64,000 bases of DNA from Chloroflexota bacterium (GTDB lineage Bacteria > Chloroflexota > Dehalococcoidia > Lucifugimonadales > Lucifugimonadaceae): positions 9,411-73,410 of the forward strand of contig PBLC01000008.1 of assembly GCA_002721675.1 (NCBI GenBank). The letters run 5' to 3'. Each line of letters starts with the position of its first letter. The first letter of the stretch is position 1. A program made the position numbers and the translations under genes. The notes under the pieces were generated by a model that searched no databases, was not told where the DNA came from, and saw only the letters and a list, made by a program, of their open reading frames with translations. This document shows, piece by piece, positions 55,784 through 64,000 of this stretch.

Positions 55784-56218
55784 CTATTCAGCTGAAAATT
55801 GTTGATGATGAGTATGTTCCTCAGCAGGAAAAACCTTCAACCTCTTCAGCATTACATCTCTTAATTTATTTTTTGGCAGCATTCCTTTTACTGCATTAAA
55901 TATAACTCTCTGGGGATTTAACTTTAGCATATCCTCATATGAAGTCATCTTCTCTCCTCCTGGATATCCTGAGTGAGAAAAATATTCTTTTTGCTCACTC
56001 TTTCTGCCAGTAACTTTTATAAAAGAAGCATTAATTACAACTACAAAGTCACCTCCAGCAAGATTGGGAGCATAATTCACCTTTCCCTTACCCATTAGGA
56101 GCGTAGATACATCAGATGCTAATCTACCTAGAACTTTTCCTTTTGCATCAACTAAATGCCATGAATTATCTAATTCCTTAGAACTTACAGATATTCTATT
56201 TATATCTTTTTCTTGCAT
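55784..56218 (-). CDS. rplM: 50S ribosomal protein L13
   Basis: WHLVDAKGKVLGRLAS... is typical L13. Confidence 0.95.
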   Translation of the reverse strand: MQEKDINRISVSSKELDNSWHLVDAKGKVLGRLASDVSTLLMGKGKVNYAPNLAGGDFVVVINASFIKVTGRKSEQKEYFSHSGYPGGEKMTSYEDMLKLNPQRVIFNAVKGMLPKNKLRDVMLKRLKVFPAEEHTHHQQFSAE

Positions 56219-56219
56219 T

Positions 56220-56972
56220 TTAAATTCTCACTCCATCATACTTTATGTTAGATAAATATAAACCCTTTGAAGATGGCAAAAGGTTGATTGCGCCTTTCTT
56301 AGGGTTATCAATCATATCTGATAACTGATTAATAGTTATCTTTCCTTTCATCAAAAGAAGAAAAGACCCTATCATCCTTCTAACTTGCTGATACAAGAAT
56401 GATTTGCCAATTATTCTAAATTCTAGACTTTTTTCATTTTCAACGTGAGATATATGCCTGATTTCTCTATTGGTACTAATATCCCTGGGAGCTAATCTGC
56501 CAGTAAATGATAAGAAATCATGGACTCCAATAAATAATTTGTAAACTTTAGCCAAATTCTCTGTTTCAATATGGTAGTCGATATGTTCATAATATCTATT
56601 TTCCATAGGGGAAATATTTCTATCAAAATTTATCTTATAAACATATTCTCTTTCAAGTGCATCTTTTCTGACATTTAAATCTTTATCTACCCTTATGCAT
56701 TTTAATATTTTTGCATCTTTTGGCATATAATGATTTATAGAAGAAACCCATAGATCAGAACTTAATTCTTTACTAGATCTAAAACTAGCTACCTGATTAG
56801 TAGCATGTACTCCAGAGTCAGTTCTACTAGCAAATTCAGTTGAAATAAATTCTTTATGAATACTCATTAAAGCACTTTCAAAAGAACCTTGAACTGTCCT
56901 TGAATTAACTTGTTTCTGGGATCCTTTAAAGTCTGTCCCGTCGTATGTTAATACAGCAAGATACTTATTCAT
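56220..56972 (-). CDS. truA: tRNA pseudouridine(38-40) synthase
   Basis: YDGTDFKGSQKQ and RTDSGVHA catalytic Asp motif. Confidence 0.85.
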   Translation of the reverse strand: MNKYLAVLTYDGTDFKGSQKQVNSRTVQGSFESALMSIHKEFISTEFASRTDSGVHATNQVASFRSSKELSSDLWVSSINHYMPKDAKILKCIRVDKDLNVRKDALEREYVYKINFDRNISPMENRYYEHIDYHIETENLAKVYKLFIGVHDFLSFTGRLAPRDISTNREIRHISHVENEKSLEFRIIGKSFLYQQVRRMIGSFLLLMKGKITINQLSDMIDNPKKGAINLLPSSKGLYLSNIKYDGVRI

Positions 56973-57363
56973 CTGATCCCTCAGGCTGCTCTTCTGATTG
57001 CAAATTTAAATCATCTAAAATGCTCAACTCTACAAGATGTGTCGAGTCCCCTTTTCTATAACCTAACTTGGTTATTCTAGTAAACCCACTACTTCTTTGT
57101 TCAAATTTTTTACTAATTACTGAAAATAATTCATCGAGTACCATGTCATCATTTAAAAATGCATAGGCCTTTCTTCTATCATTCAATGTCCCTTTTCTGC
57201 CAAGGGTGATAATTTTCTCCAATTTAGGTTGAATTGCTTTTGCTTTAGCATAAGTAGTTCTAATCTTTCCCCTTTTTATGCATTCTGCAACCAAATTCCT
57301 GTACAGAGCCTTCCTACTGCCAGTTTTTCTACTTAACTTATATCCAGATACTCGATGTCTCAC
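56965..57363 (-). CDS. rplQ: 50S ribosomal protein L17
   Basis: MRHRVSGYKLSRKTGSRKALYRNL is typical L17. Confidence 0.92.
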   Translation of the reverse strand: MRHRVSGYKLSRKTGSRKALYRNLVAECIKRGKIRTTYAKAKAIQPKLEKIITLGRKGTLNDRRKAYAFLNDDMVLDELFSVISKKFEQRSSGFTRITKLGYRKGDSTHLVELSILDDLNLQSEEQPEGSDE

Positions 57364-57370
57364 AGATCAC

Positions 57371-58384
57371 CTATGCTTTACTTTCTTCTTGAACTTTTTT
57401 AATAAAAGGTTCGAGTTTTTCTTGCAATTCATCTAGAGATTTTTGACCGAAATTTTTTAACTTTAGCATTTCTGGTCCTATAGGGAATTCAATAATATCA
57501 CCTACTCGGTTTAATCCGCTCCTTTTTAAACAGTTAAAAGTTCGACTTGAAAGATCTAAGCTTTCTACTAAGGTATTATAAACCTCCGCAGAAACACCTT
57601 TTGTCTCAATGCTTTCTGCTACAGTAGAAACTTCTTCTAAATTAACAAACTGAAAAAATTTCTTCATTAATTGATCTGCCCCATTTTTTACAGCATCTGA
57701 AGGAAGAATAGATCCGTCTGTCCAAACTTCAAGGGTTAGTTTCTCAAGATTTGTTTCATTACCAATTCTCAAATCTTCAACTTCATAATTCACTTTCCTA
57801 ACAGGACTAAATATAGAATCTACAGGCAAAAAGCCAATTCCAAGACTTTCTTGGGCAAACCTATCTGACGGAATATAGCCTACTCCTTGCTCAACATTGA
57901 ATTCAACAGAAAGTTTTCCAGAACTTTTATCAATAGTAGCCAAATATAATTCAGGATTAACTATTTCAAATTCAGCACTTGTCATAATATCTCCAGCCAC
58001 GACTTGGCCTTCACCTTTTACATCTAGCCTCATTCTTCCAGCCCTATCAGACATAGCTTTAAGTCTAATTTTTTTAAAATTAAGCAGCAATTCTATTACT
58101 CCCTCTGACATACCATCTATAGAGGAATATTCATGCTGGACTCCATCTATTCTAACCCATGTTATAGCTGCTCCTGGCAGAGAATTTAACAATGTCCTTC
58201 TCATAGAATTACCTATAGTGTCTCCCATTCCCTTTGGAAGAGGACTTGCAACTATTTCTGCGTACTTATCTCCATCTTCATTGATAACAAATGCCATCTC
58301 AGGGAGCTTTCTTTCACTTATTTGGTCTTCAAATTCAGAGGTACTAGTTACTCCAAATTGTTTTTCTATTTCTTCCATTCCCAT
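57371..58384 (-). CDS. rpoA: DNA-directed RNA polymerase subunit alpha
   Basis: GNSMRRTLLNSLPGAA and the C-terminal domain LSSRTFNCLKRSGLNRVGD. Confidence 0.95.
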   Translation of the reverse strand: MGMEEIEKQFGVTSTSEFEDQISERKLPEMAFVINEDGDKYAEIVASPLPKGMGDTIGNSMRRTLLNSLPGAAITWVRIDGVQHEYSSIDGMSEGVIELLLNFKKIRLKAMSDRAGRMRLDVKGEGQVVAGDIMTSAEFEIVNPELYLATIDKSSGKLSVEFNVEQGVGYIPSDRFAQESLGIGFLPVDSIFSPVRKVNYEVEDLRIGNETNLEKLTLEVWTDGSILPSDAVKNGADQLMKKFFQFVNLEEVSTVAESIETKGVSAEVYNTLVESLDLSSRTFNCLKRSGLNRVGDIIEFPIGPEMLKLKNFGQKSLDELQEKLEPFIKKVQEESKA

Positions 58385-58386
58385 TA

Positions 58387-59007
58387 TTATCTCCTTGAAT
58401 AATATTCAATAATTAATCTAGTCTGAATGCCTATTTCCATATCATCTGTCTCAGGCCTTGCTATTATGTCAGCAGACCCTTCGCCTTTATCTGACTTGAT
58501 CCAGTCTGGCACTACCCTTTCAGCAAGTTCCTCATCAGCCTCTATAAGTTTATACATTTCGCTTTTCTTAGATTTTGTTGATATCTCTACTTTATCCCCC
58601 TGCCTAACTTTAAAACTAGGCACATCAACTTTAACGCCATTTACAAGAAAGTGACCATGACTAACCATCTGCCTAGAGTGAGCTCTTGATCTCCCAAAAC
58701 CTAATCTAAAAACTACATTATCCAATCTGCTTTCAAGAATAGAGAGTAAGTTTTCACCTGCGACTCCATCCATTTTTGATGCTTTGTTAACGTAATTTCT
58801 GAATTGCCTTTCCATTATCCCATATATTAATCTCGCTTTTTGCTTTTCCTTAAGCTGGGTCCCATAATCAGATAATCTTCTAGATGGCACAAAAGCGTTT
58901 CTTCTAAGCCTTCTCCTTTCAACACCACACTTTCCTGCTGGCTTAGAGCACAACTTCTCGCCCATCCTTACACAATCTTTACAACTTATACTTGTTCGTA
59001 GTTTCAT
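58387..59007 (-). CDS. rpsD: 30S ribosomal protein S4 (Cys-rich N-terminus)
   Basis: An S4 domain (LESRLDNVVFRLGF..SRAHSRQMVSHGHFLVNG). Four Cys lie in the first about 27 aa. Confidence 0.9.
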   Translation of the reverse strand: MKLRTSISCKDCVRMGEKLCSKPAGKCGVERRRLRRNAFVPSRRLSDYGTQLKEKQKARLIYGIMERQFRNYVNKASKMDGVAGENLLSILESRLDNVVFRLGFGRSRAHSRQMVSHGHFLVNGVKVDVPSFKVRQGDKVEISTKSKKSEMYKLIEADEELAERVVPDWIKSDKGEGSADIIARPETDDMEIGIQTRLIIEYYSRR

Positions 59008-59013
59008 AAAAAA

Positions 59014-59400
59014 TTAAACCCTTCTTCTTTTTGGAGGCCTACATCCATTGTGCGGAATAGGAGTAACGTCTTTTATACTTTGAACATTTAACCCTGATGC
59101 TTGCAAAGCTCTAATTGCTGCTTCTCTACCTGACCCCGGGCCTTTAACAATCACATCAATCTTTTTTAATCCGATTTCTTCAGCTTTTTTCGCTAGATTT
59201 TCAGCTGTTCTTTGGGCAGCAAATGATGTTGACTTTCTAGAACCTTTAAAACCAACTGTTCCAGCCCCACTTGACAATAAAACATTACCTCCATCATCAG
59301 TTAATGTAATAATAGTATTGTTAAAAGTTGCAGCTATATAAGCTTTCCCACTTTGTACAAACTTTTTCTCTTTTTTTCTCTGTCTTGTTTTTCTTGCCAT
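59014..59400 (-). CDS. rpsK: 30S ribosomal protein S11
   Basis: [37 protein letters not shown]. Confidence 0.95.
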   Translation of the reverse strand: MARKTRQRKKEKKFVQSGKAYIAATFNNTIITLTDDGGNVLLSSGAGTVGFKGSRKSTSFAAQRTAENLAKKAEEIGLKKIDVIVKGPGSGREAAIRALQASGLNVQSIKDVTPIPHNGCRPPKRRRV

Positions 59401-59401
59401 T

Positions 59402-59785
59402 TTAATGTTTAGTCACTTGTTTTTTTCCAGCTATAGCTATCTTTTTGCCTCTTTTAGTTCTTGCATTTGTCTTAGTTCTTTGTCCTCTCACAGGCAAACT
59501 TCTTCTATGCCTATCTCCGCGATATGTTTTTATATCTCCTAACCTCTTAATATCATCTCGTATTGATCTTCTTAAATCTCCTTCTAAAGGATCCTCAAAA
59601 GAATCAACTAAACTTCTTATTAAGTTTAATTTATCTTCAGGTATTTCATGAACTTTAGGATTATCTGTTATACCAGCCTGAACTACGATTTTTTTCGCTC
59701 TACTCAAACCAATGCCAAAAATACTCGTTAAAGCAACTTCAAGTCTCTTATTATCTGGTATATTTACACCTTTAACTACAGCCAT
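59402..59785 (-). CDS. rpsM: 30S ribosomal protein S13
   Basis: [21 protein letters not shown]...[13 protein letters not shown]. Confidence 0.95.
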   Translation of the reverse strand: MAVVKGVNIPDNKRLEVALTSIFGIGLSRAKKIVVQAGITDNPKVHEIPEDKLNLIRSLVDSFEDPLEGDLRRSIRDDIKRLGDIKTYRGDRHRRSLPVRGQRTKTNARTKRGKKIAIAGKKQVTKH

Positions 59786-59788
59786 ATA

Positions 59789-59902
59789 TCATCCTTGCTT
59801 TTGTTTGCATTTAGGATTAGAGCATATAACCATTAATACTCTCCTCCGTCTTATTATGCGACAATTGTCGCATCTTTTTTTTACTGAAGATCTTACTTTC
59901 AT
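59789..59902 (-). CDS. rpmJ: 50S ribosomal protein L36 (not in ORF track)
   Basis: Hand translation gives [37 protein letters not shown]. It lies between infA and rpsM. Confidence 0.9.
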   Translation of the reverse strand: MKVRSSVKKRCDNCRIIRRRRVLMVICSNPKCKQKQG

Positions 59903-59904
59903 TT

Positions 59905-60123
59905 TTATTTAAACCTATAAGTTATTCTTCCTCTAGTTAAATCATATGGTGAAAGTTCCACCAGAACCCTATCTCCAGGGATCACTCTAATGAAATTCAT
60001 CCTTATTTTTCCTGAAACATGAGCCAAAACCTCATGTCCATTTGCTAATTCAATTTTAAAATTTGCATTTGGCAAAGCTTCTCTTACTGTACCTTCTACT
60101 TCTATAGAATCCTTCTTAGCCAT
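59905..60123 (-). CDS. infA: Translation initiation factor IF-1
   Basis: 72 aa, [26 protein letters not shown]..., S1-like. Confidence 0.95.
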   Translation of the reverse strand: MAKKDSIEVEGTVREALPNANFKIELANGHEVLAHVSGKIRMNFIRVIPGDRVLVELSPYDLTRGRITYRFK

Positions 60124-60124
60124 A

Positions 60125-60883
60125 TCACACCGTTAAAACCTCTGGTTTTCCTTCAGTAATCAGCACAGTATTTTCAAAATGAGCAGATTTTGCACCATCA
60201 GATGTTACTACAGTCCACCCATCATCGCATAGTTTTGTTCCATCTGAGCCTAAATTAACCATAGGTTCAATAGCTAAAGTCATTCCTGATCTTAATTTTG
60301 CACCGTATCCTGGTTTGCCAAAATTAGGAACCTGAGGAGGTTCATGCAATGCTTTGCCTATACCATGGCCAGTATAATTGCGAACCAAGCCATAACCTTT
60401 ATCAATAACATAATCTTCTACAGCATTACCTATGTCCCCAACTGTACAATCTTGTATACATTTGTCTATTGCCAAATCTAATGATTTAGCAGTGTCATAT
60501 ATTAGGCCTAGATCCTTTTTACTGCAGTCACCTACAGGAAAGGTTTTAGCATGATCACTATTGAATCCTGAAACAATTACACCAGCATCAATACTAATTA
60601 TATCTCCATTATTTAGTTTTCTACTTGAAGGTATGCCATGCACTATTTCTTCATTAATTGATACGCATATAGTGTCTGGAAAGCCATATAAACCTAAAAA
60701 TGCAGATTTCACTTTATTAGATTTAATTTCTTTCCTGCAAATATTATCTAACTCTCTAGTGGTAATACCAGGTTCAATAGCTTCTCCTAGTTTATTCATT
60801 ATGGCAGCAATAATATGGCCTGCTTCCCTCATATAATTAATTTCTTTATCAGACTTGATTGTTATTGATGATAATCGATTCAT
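60125..60883 (-). CDS. map: Type I methionine aminopeptidase
   Basis: Metal-ligand pattern D..D..H..E..E, with [12 protein letters not shown]. Confidence 0.9.
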   Translation of the reverse strand: MNRLSSITIKSDKEINYMREAGHIIAAIMNKLGEAIEPGITTRELDNICRKEIKSNKVKSAFLGLYGFPDTICVSINEEIVHGIPSSRKLNNGDIISIDAGVIVSGFNSDHAKTFPVGDCSKKDLGLIYDTAKSLDLAIDKCIQDCTVGDIGNAVEDYVIDKGYGLVRNYTGHGIGKALHEPPQVPNFGKPGYGAKLRSGMTLAIEPMVNLGSDGTKLCDDGWTVVTSDGAKSAHFENTVLITEGKPEVLTV

Positions 60884-60887
60884 GCTA

Positions 60888-61457
60888 CTAAGCCTCTACC
60901 TTAATCAACTCTGAAATTTCTGAAAAAACGAGGTCTGGAGACTTATTGCCATCAATTTCTTTTAAAACGCCTTGATTATTGTAATATTTAAGTAAAGGCT
61001 CTGTTTGATCTCTGTAAACATTTAACCTATTGATGACTAATTGAGGTTCATCATCTTTGCGACCTCTTTCAGATAGCCTAGAAATTACTTCTTTATCATC
61101 TACATCAAGATATAAAACTGAAGAAAGATTTATTCGCAATTCTCTAATAATTTTCTCTAATGCAAGTGCTTGAGGCTCAGTTCTTGGAAACCCATCCAAT
61201 ATAACCTTGCCTTCTATATTAGAAACAAAGTCTTCAAAAAATGAACTCACCACCTTTATTATAAGATCATCAGGAACTAATCTGCCAGAATCGATATATT
61301 CAGAAGCCTTTAAGCCTAAATCAGATTTTTCTTCAACATTTTTTCTTAACATATCTCCTATAGAAATATGTTCATACCCAAATGCATCTGAAAGTTTAGA
61401 TGCTTGAGTGCCTTTGCCAGAACCAGGAGATCCTAAAAAAATAATTACACTTACCAT
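60888..61457 (-). CDS. adk: Adenylate kinase (short LID form)
   Basis: P-loop GSPGSGKGTQ, 189 aa, no Zn-finger LID. Confidence 0.9.
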   Translation of the reverse strand: MVSVIIFLGSPGSGKGTQASKLSDAFGYEHISIGDMLRKNVEEKSDLGLKASEYIDSGRLVPDDLIIKVVSSFFEDFVSNIEGKVILDGFPRTEPQALALEKIIRELRINLSSVLYLDVDDKEVISRLSERGRKDDEPQLVINRLNVYRDQTEPLLKYYNNQGVLKEIDGNKSPDLVFSEISELIKVEA

Positions 61458-61458
61458 C

Positions 61459-62814
61459 CTATTCCTTTAAAAATCCATCATAGTTTCTCATTAATAATTG
61501 GGACTCTAATTGCCTCATGGTATCAAGAGCAACACCCACCATAATTAACAAGCTAGTACTACTCATAATGGTTGAGGCAGTACCTACATTTGTTATTACT
61601 CCAGCAATGAAAGGCATCACTGCTACCATGCCTAGAAATATCGCCCCTCCCCATGTAATCCTTACCATGACCTGACTTAAATATGATTGCGTAGGAGCCC
61701 CTGGTCTTATGCCAGGTATAAATCCCCCATTTCGTTGAAGATTCTCAGAAATATTCTGTTGATTAAAAGTTACAAGTGCATAAAAAAATGTGAACAACAT
61801 AACCATAATGAAAACAAGTATCCAATAGGTTACATTAGCAGGACTAAGGAAATTCGTAATTGCTTCAGCTACTTGAGAGCCGGTAGAGTTAGTAGCAGGA
61901 TCAACAAAGTAACCACTTATACTTGCAGGAAGTATTAATAAAGAAAATGCAAAAATTAAAGGAATCATACCAGCGGAATTTACCCTCAAAGGTATAAAGG
62001 AACCTCCTGTTTGTCTATACATTCTGCCACCCCTAAAAACACTTCTACCGTATTGAACTGGTATTCTTCTTTGAGCTTCAGTAAAAACTACAATCAAATA
62101 AACTATCAATAAAGCAATTGCAATCAGTAAACCTAGTTGGAACCTTTGATCGCTAATTAAAGAACCTTGTCCAATTATTTGAGGAAGGGAAGAAACTATG
62201 CCAGCAAAAATAATTAAAGATATACCATTGCCTATACCTTTCTCAGTTACCAATTCTCCTAACCAAACCAATAAGGCTGTTCCAGCAGTCATAGTAATCA
62301 ATATAGAAGTGAAAGCAACATAGTTACCTCCTCCAAAGCCTGAATTGGCTATAACTTGTCCTCCAGCTGAACTTTGTAAGATACTAATTTGGCCCCATCC
62401 TTGCAAAAAGGCAATAGGAATCATCAGATAATGTGTATACTGATTAATTTTTTGTCTGCCAAACTGACCTTCCTGGGATAATTCTTTTAACGATGGTATT
62501 ACAGGGGTAATAACTTGCATTATGATTGAGGCCGTAATATATGGATATACCCCAAGCGCAGCTATACTAAGATTACGCAAAGCTCCACCAGAAAATAGGT
62601 CTAAAAATCCTAATATAGGAGCACTATCAAAAGCAGCAGCCAAAGCATCTTTATCTACTCCAGGGACAGGGACATGCGCAAGAAATCTAAATAGAACTAA
62701 AATTCCAAAAGTAAACAATATTTTAAATCTTAAGTCTGGAATTTTTAAAGCATCAATTACAGCTCTTATTAATGCTGGAGTATTAGAATTTTTTTCTTCA
62801 GTTCTTGTAGTCAT
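61459..62814 (-). CDS. secY: Preprotein translocase subunit SecY
   Basis: 451 aa, 10 TM, LFSGGALRNLSIAALGVYPYITASII. Confidence 0.95.
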   Translation of the reverse strand: MTTRTEEKNSNTPALIRAVIDALKIPDLRFKILFTFGILVLFRFLAHVPVPGVDKDALAAAFDSAPILGFLDLFSGGALRNLSIAALGVYPYITASIIMQVITPVIPSLKELSQEGQFGRQKINQYTHYLMIPIAFLQGWGQISILQSSAGGQVIANSGFGGGNYVAFTSILITMTAGTALLVWLGELVTEKGIGNGISLIIFAGIVSSLPQIIGQGSLISDQRFQLGLLIAIALLIVYLIVVFTEAQRRIPVQYGRSVFRGGRMYRQTGGSFIPLRVNSAGMIPLIFAFSLLILPASISGYFVDPATNSTGSQVAEAITNFLSPANVTYWILVFIMVMLFTFFYALVTFNQQNISENLQRNGGFIPGIRPGAPTQSYLSQVMVRITWGGAIFLGMVAVMPFIAGVITNVGTASTIMSSTSLLIMVGVALDTMRQLESQLLMRNYDGFLKE

Positions 62815-63317
62815 GAATTATTATCTGATTGTTGATCTTTTTTAGAGTCCTCTTGATTTTCTACAATTTCATCTTGAGAAATAAAAGTAATTTGACTCCC
62901 AGATTTTTTAATTTTATCTTGTGCGGACTTGCTTGCTGCATGAACAGAAAAATCTAACTTTTTAGTTAGATCTCCACCACCTAATATCTTAACATTGTCA
63001 GTCTTTTTTCGAATAATACCTTTATCATTTAATGAATTAGGATCTACCAAATCTCCATCTTTAAAATTAGATTCTACAGAATCCAAATTCACTAAACTAA
63101 ATTGTATTTTAAACCTATTTTTAAAGCCTCTTAGAAAAGGAAGTCTTTTAACTAAAGGCAATTGTCCCCCTTCAAAAAAAACTGGAACACCTCCGCCAGA
63201 TCTAGATTTTTGACCTTTTAGGCCTCTTCCAGAATAAGTTCCTTTGCTCCCATTACCCCTTCCAACTCTGGTCCTAGACTTACGATTATTTGATTTAAAG
63301 GTATTTAATTTTGGCAT
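62811..63317 (-). CDS. rplO: 50S ribosomal protein L15 (acidic C-terminal extension)
   Basis: RVGRGNGSKGTYSGRGLKGQKSRSGG is typical L15. The roughly 20-aa tail is Asp/Glu/Ser/Gln-rich. Confidence 0.9.
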   Translation of the reverse strand: MPKLNTFKSNNRKSRTRVGRGNGSKGTYSGRGLKGQKSRSGGGVPVFFEGGQLPLVKRLPFLRGFKNRFKIQFSLVNLDSVESNFKDGDLVDPNSLNDKGIIRKKTDNVKILGGGDLTKKLDFSVHAASKSAQDKIKKSGSQITFISQDEIVENQEDSKKDQQSDNNS

Positions 63318-63318
63318 A

Positions 63319-63498
63319 TTACTTTATCTCCGATACTTCAATTAAATGACTTACAGTTTTTATCATTCCATCAATCATCTCATTAGTATCTTTCTCAACT
63401 GACTTTCCGATCTTATTTAAGCCAAGTGCTTTTATGGTTTCTTTTTGATTTTTTTTTGAACCTATAACGCTCTTTACTTGTGTTATCTTAACTCTCAT
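63319..63498 (-). CDS. rpmD: 50S ribosomal protein L30 (not in ORF track)
   Basis: Hand translation gives [59 protein letters not shown]. Its start overlaps the rpsE stop by 11 nt. Confidence 0.85.
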   Translation of the reverse strand: MRVKITQVKSVIGSKKNQKETIKALGLNKIGKSVEKDTNEMIDGMIKTVSHLIEVSEIK

Positions 63499-64000
63499 TT
63501 AATTTTCTTTCCTCATTAAGATCAGTAATATTTTTCATGCTTTTCAAAGCTTTAACAGTGGCTTTTACCACGTTAGCAACATTAGCAGAACCATGTGATT
63601 TAGATATGACATCCTTAATTCCTACTACTTCCATTACTGCCCTAACTCCGCCACCTGCAATGACTCCAGTTCCTTGAGAAGCTGGCCTTATCATTACCTT
63701 TGATGCCCCGTATTTTGCAATTGCCTCATGAGGAACAGAAGTACCTTTTAATATGATTGTTTCAAGATCCTTTTTAGCAGAAGTTACGGCTTTCCTTACA
63801 GCGTCTGGAACAGCTGCGGCTTTACCAGAAGCAAAGCCAACTTTTCCCTTTTCATCTCCTACAACTACGAAAGCAGCAAAAGAAAGATTACGACCTCCTT
63901 TAACTACTTTAGATACTCTTCTTACACTCACAACTTTTTCAATATAAGGATCTTTTTCTTCATTCTTATCTCTAGGATTTCTTCTCCTAGAATTATTATT
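63488..64000 (-). CDS. rpsE: 30S ribosomal protein S5, 5' end beyond window
   Basis: [22 protein letters not shown] is typical S5. The frame stays open upstream of the GTG at 63931 to nt 64000 ([23 protein letters not shown]...), so the true start is outside the window. Confidence 0.9.
   Translation of the reverse strand, partial: NNNSRRRNPRDKNEEKDPYIEKVVSVRRVSKVVKGGRNLSFAAFVVVGDEKGKVGFASGKAAAVPDAVRKAVTSAKKDLETIILKGTSVPHEAIAKYGASKVMIRPASQGTGVIAGGGVRAVMEVVGIKDVISKSHGSANVANVVKATVKALKSMKNITDLNEERKLNES

Overview
This is a 64-kb, very AT-rich (roughly 30% GC by eye) and extremely gene-dense bacterial chromosomal segment. Intergenic gaps are tiny or overlapping, several starts are TTG/GTG, and a few genes look leaderless. 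Most of it is housekeeping. The 3' third holds the distal ribosomal-protein/alpha operon on the minus strand: rpsE (cut by the window edge)-rpmD-rplO-secY-adk-map-infA-rpmJ-rpsM-rpsK-rpsD-rpoA-rplQ-truA-rplM-rpsI. Other core genes are prfA-prmC, hisS, panC, gatC-gatA, pyrG, rho, dnaJ-prmA-rsmE, gpsA, plsY, der, argS, an argF-like gene, prfB, amt-glnK and four tRNAs. I could not place the lineage. The short-LID adk, the adaptor-ATPase-permease MacB module, the PI-synthase-like plus GT4 pair and the leaderless genes suggest a streamlined monoderm-type marine bacterium (Actinomycetota- or Chloroflexota-like), but that is inference only. There are two accessory regions. (1) 5.6-14.8 kb is a glycan-biosynthesis island: a CDP-hexose pathway with a C-methyltransferase, a second nucleotidyltransferase, a GT2, a fused ABC exporter and an extra methyltransferase, ending inside a tRNA cluster. 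(2) 39.8-45.3 kb is a cell-surface locus. It holds a compositionally aberrant 1277-aa secreted, anchorless, Ig-like-repeat protein with a 439-bp upstream non-coding region and a perfect terminator. Next to it is a small two-module Pro/Thr-linker protein carrying a C-terminal Cys-Ser-Gly-Gly + TM + basic-tail signal. The same tail occurs on an HExxH peptidase at 17 kb that sits directly behind lipid head-group and glycosyl transfer genes. My best candidate for something undescribed is this canopy/stalk S-layer-like pair together with the CSGG-type C-terminal sorting signal. Secondary candidates are an unlisted 57-codon GatC/AtzG-like ORF translationally coupled to a GatA-paralog amidase, and a 721-aa membrane-fusion protein with recently duplicated heptad repeats. 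No CRISPR array, integrase, transposase or rRNA was seen. All family calls are by-eye motif recognition and no searches were run.
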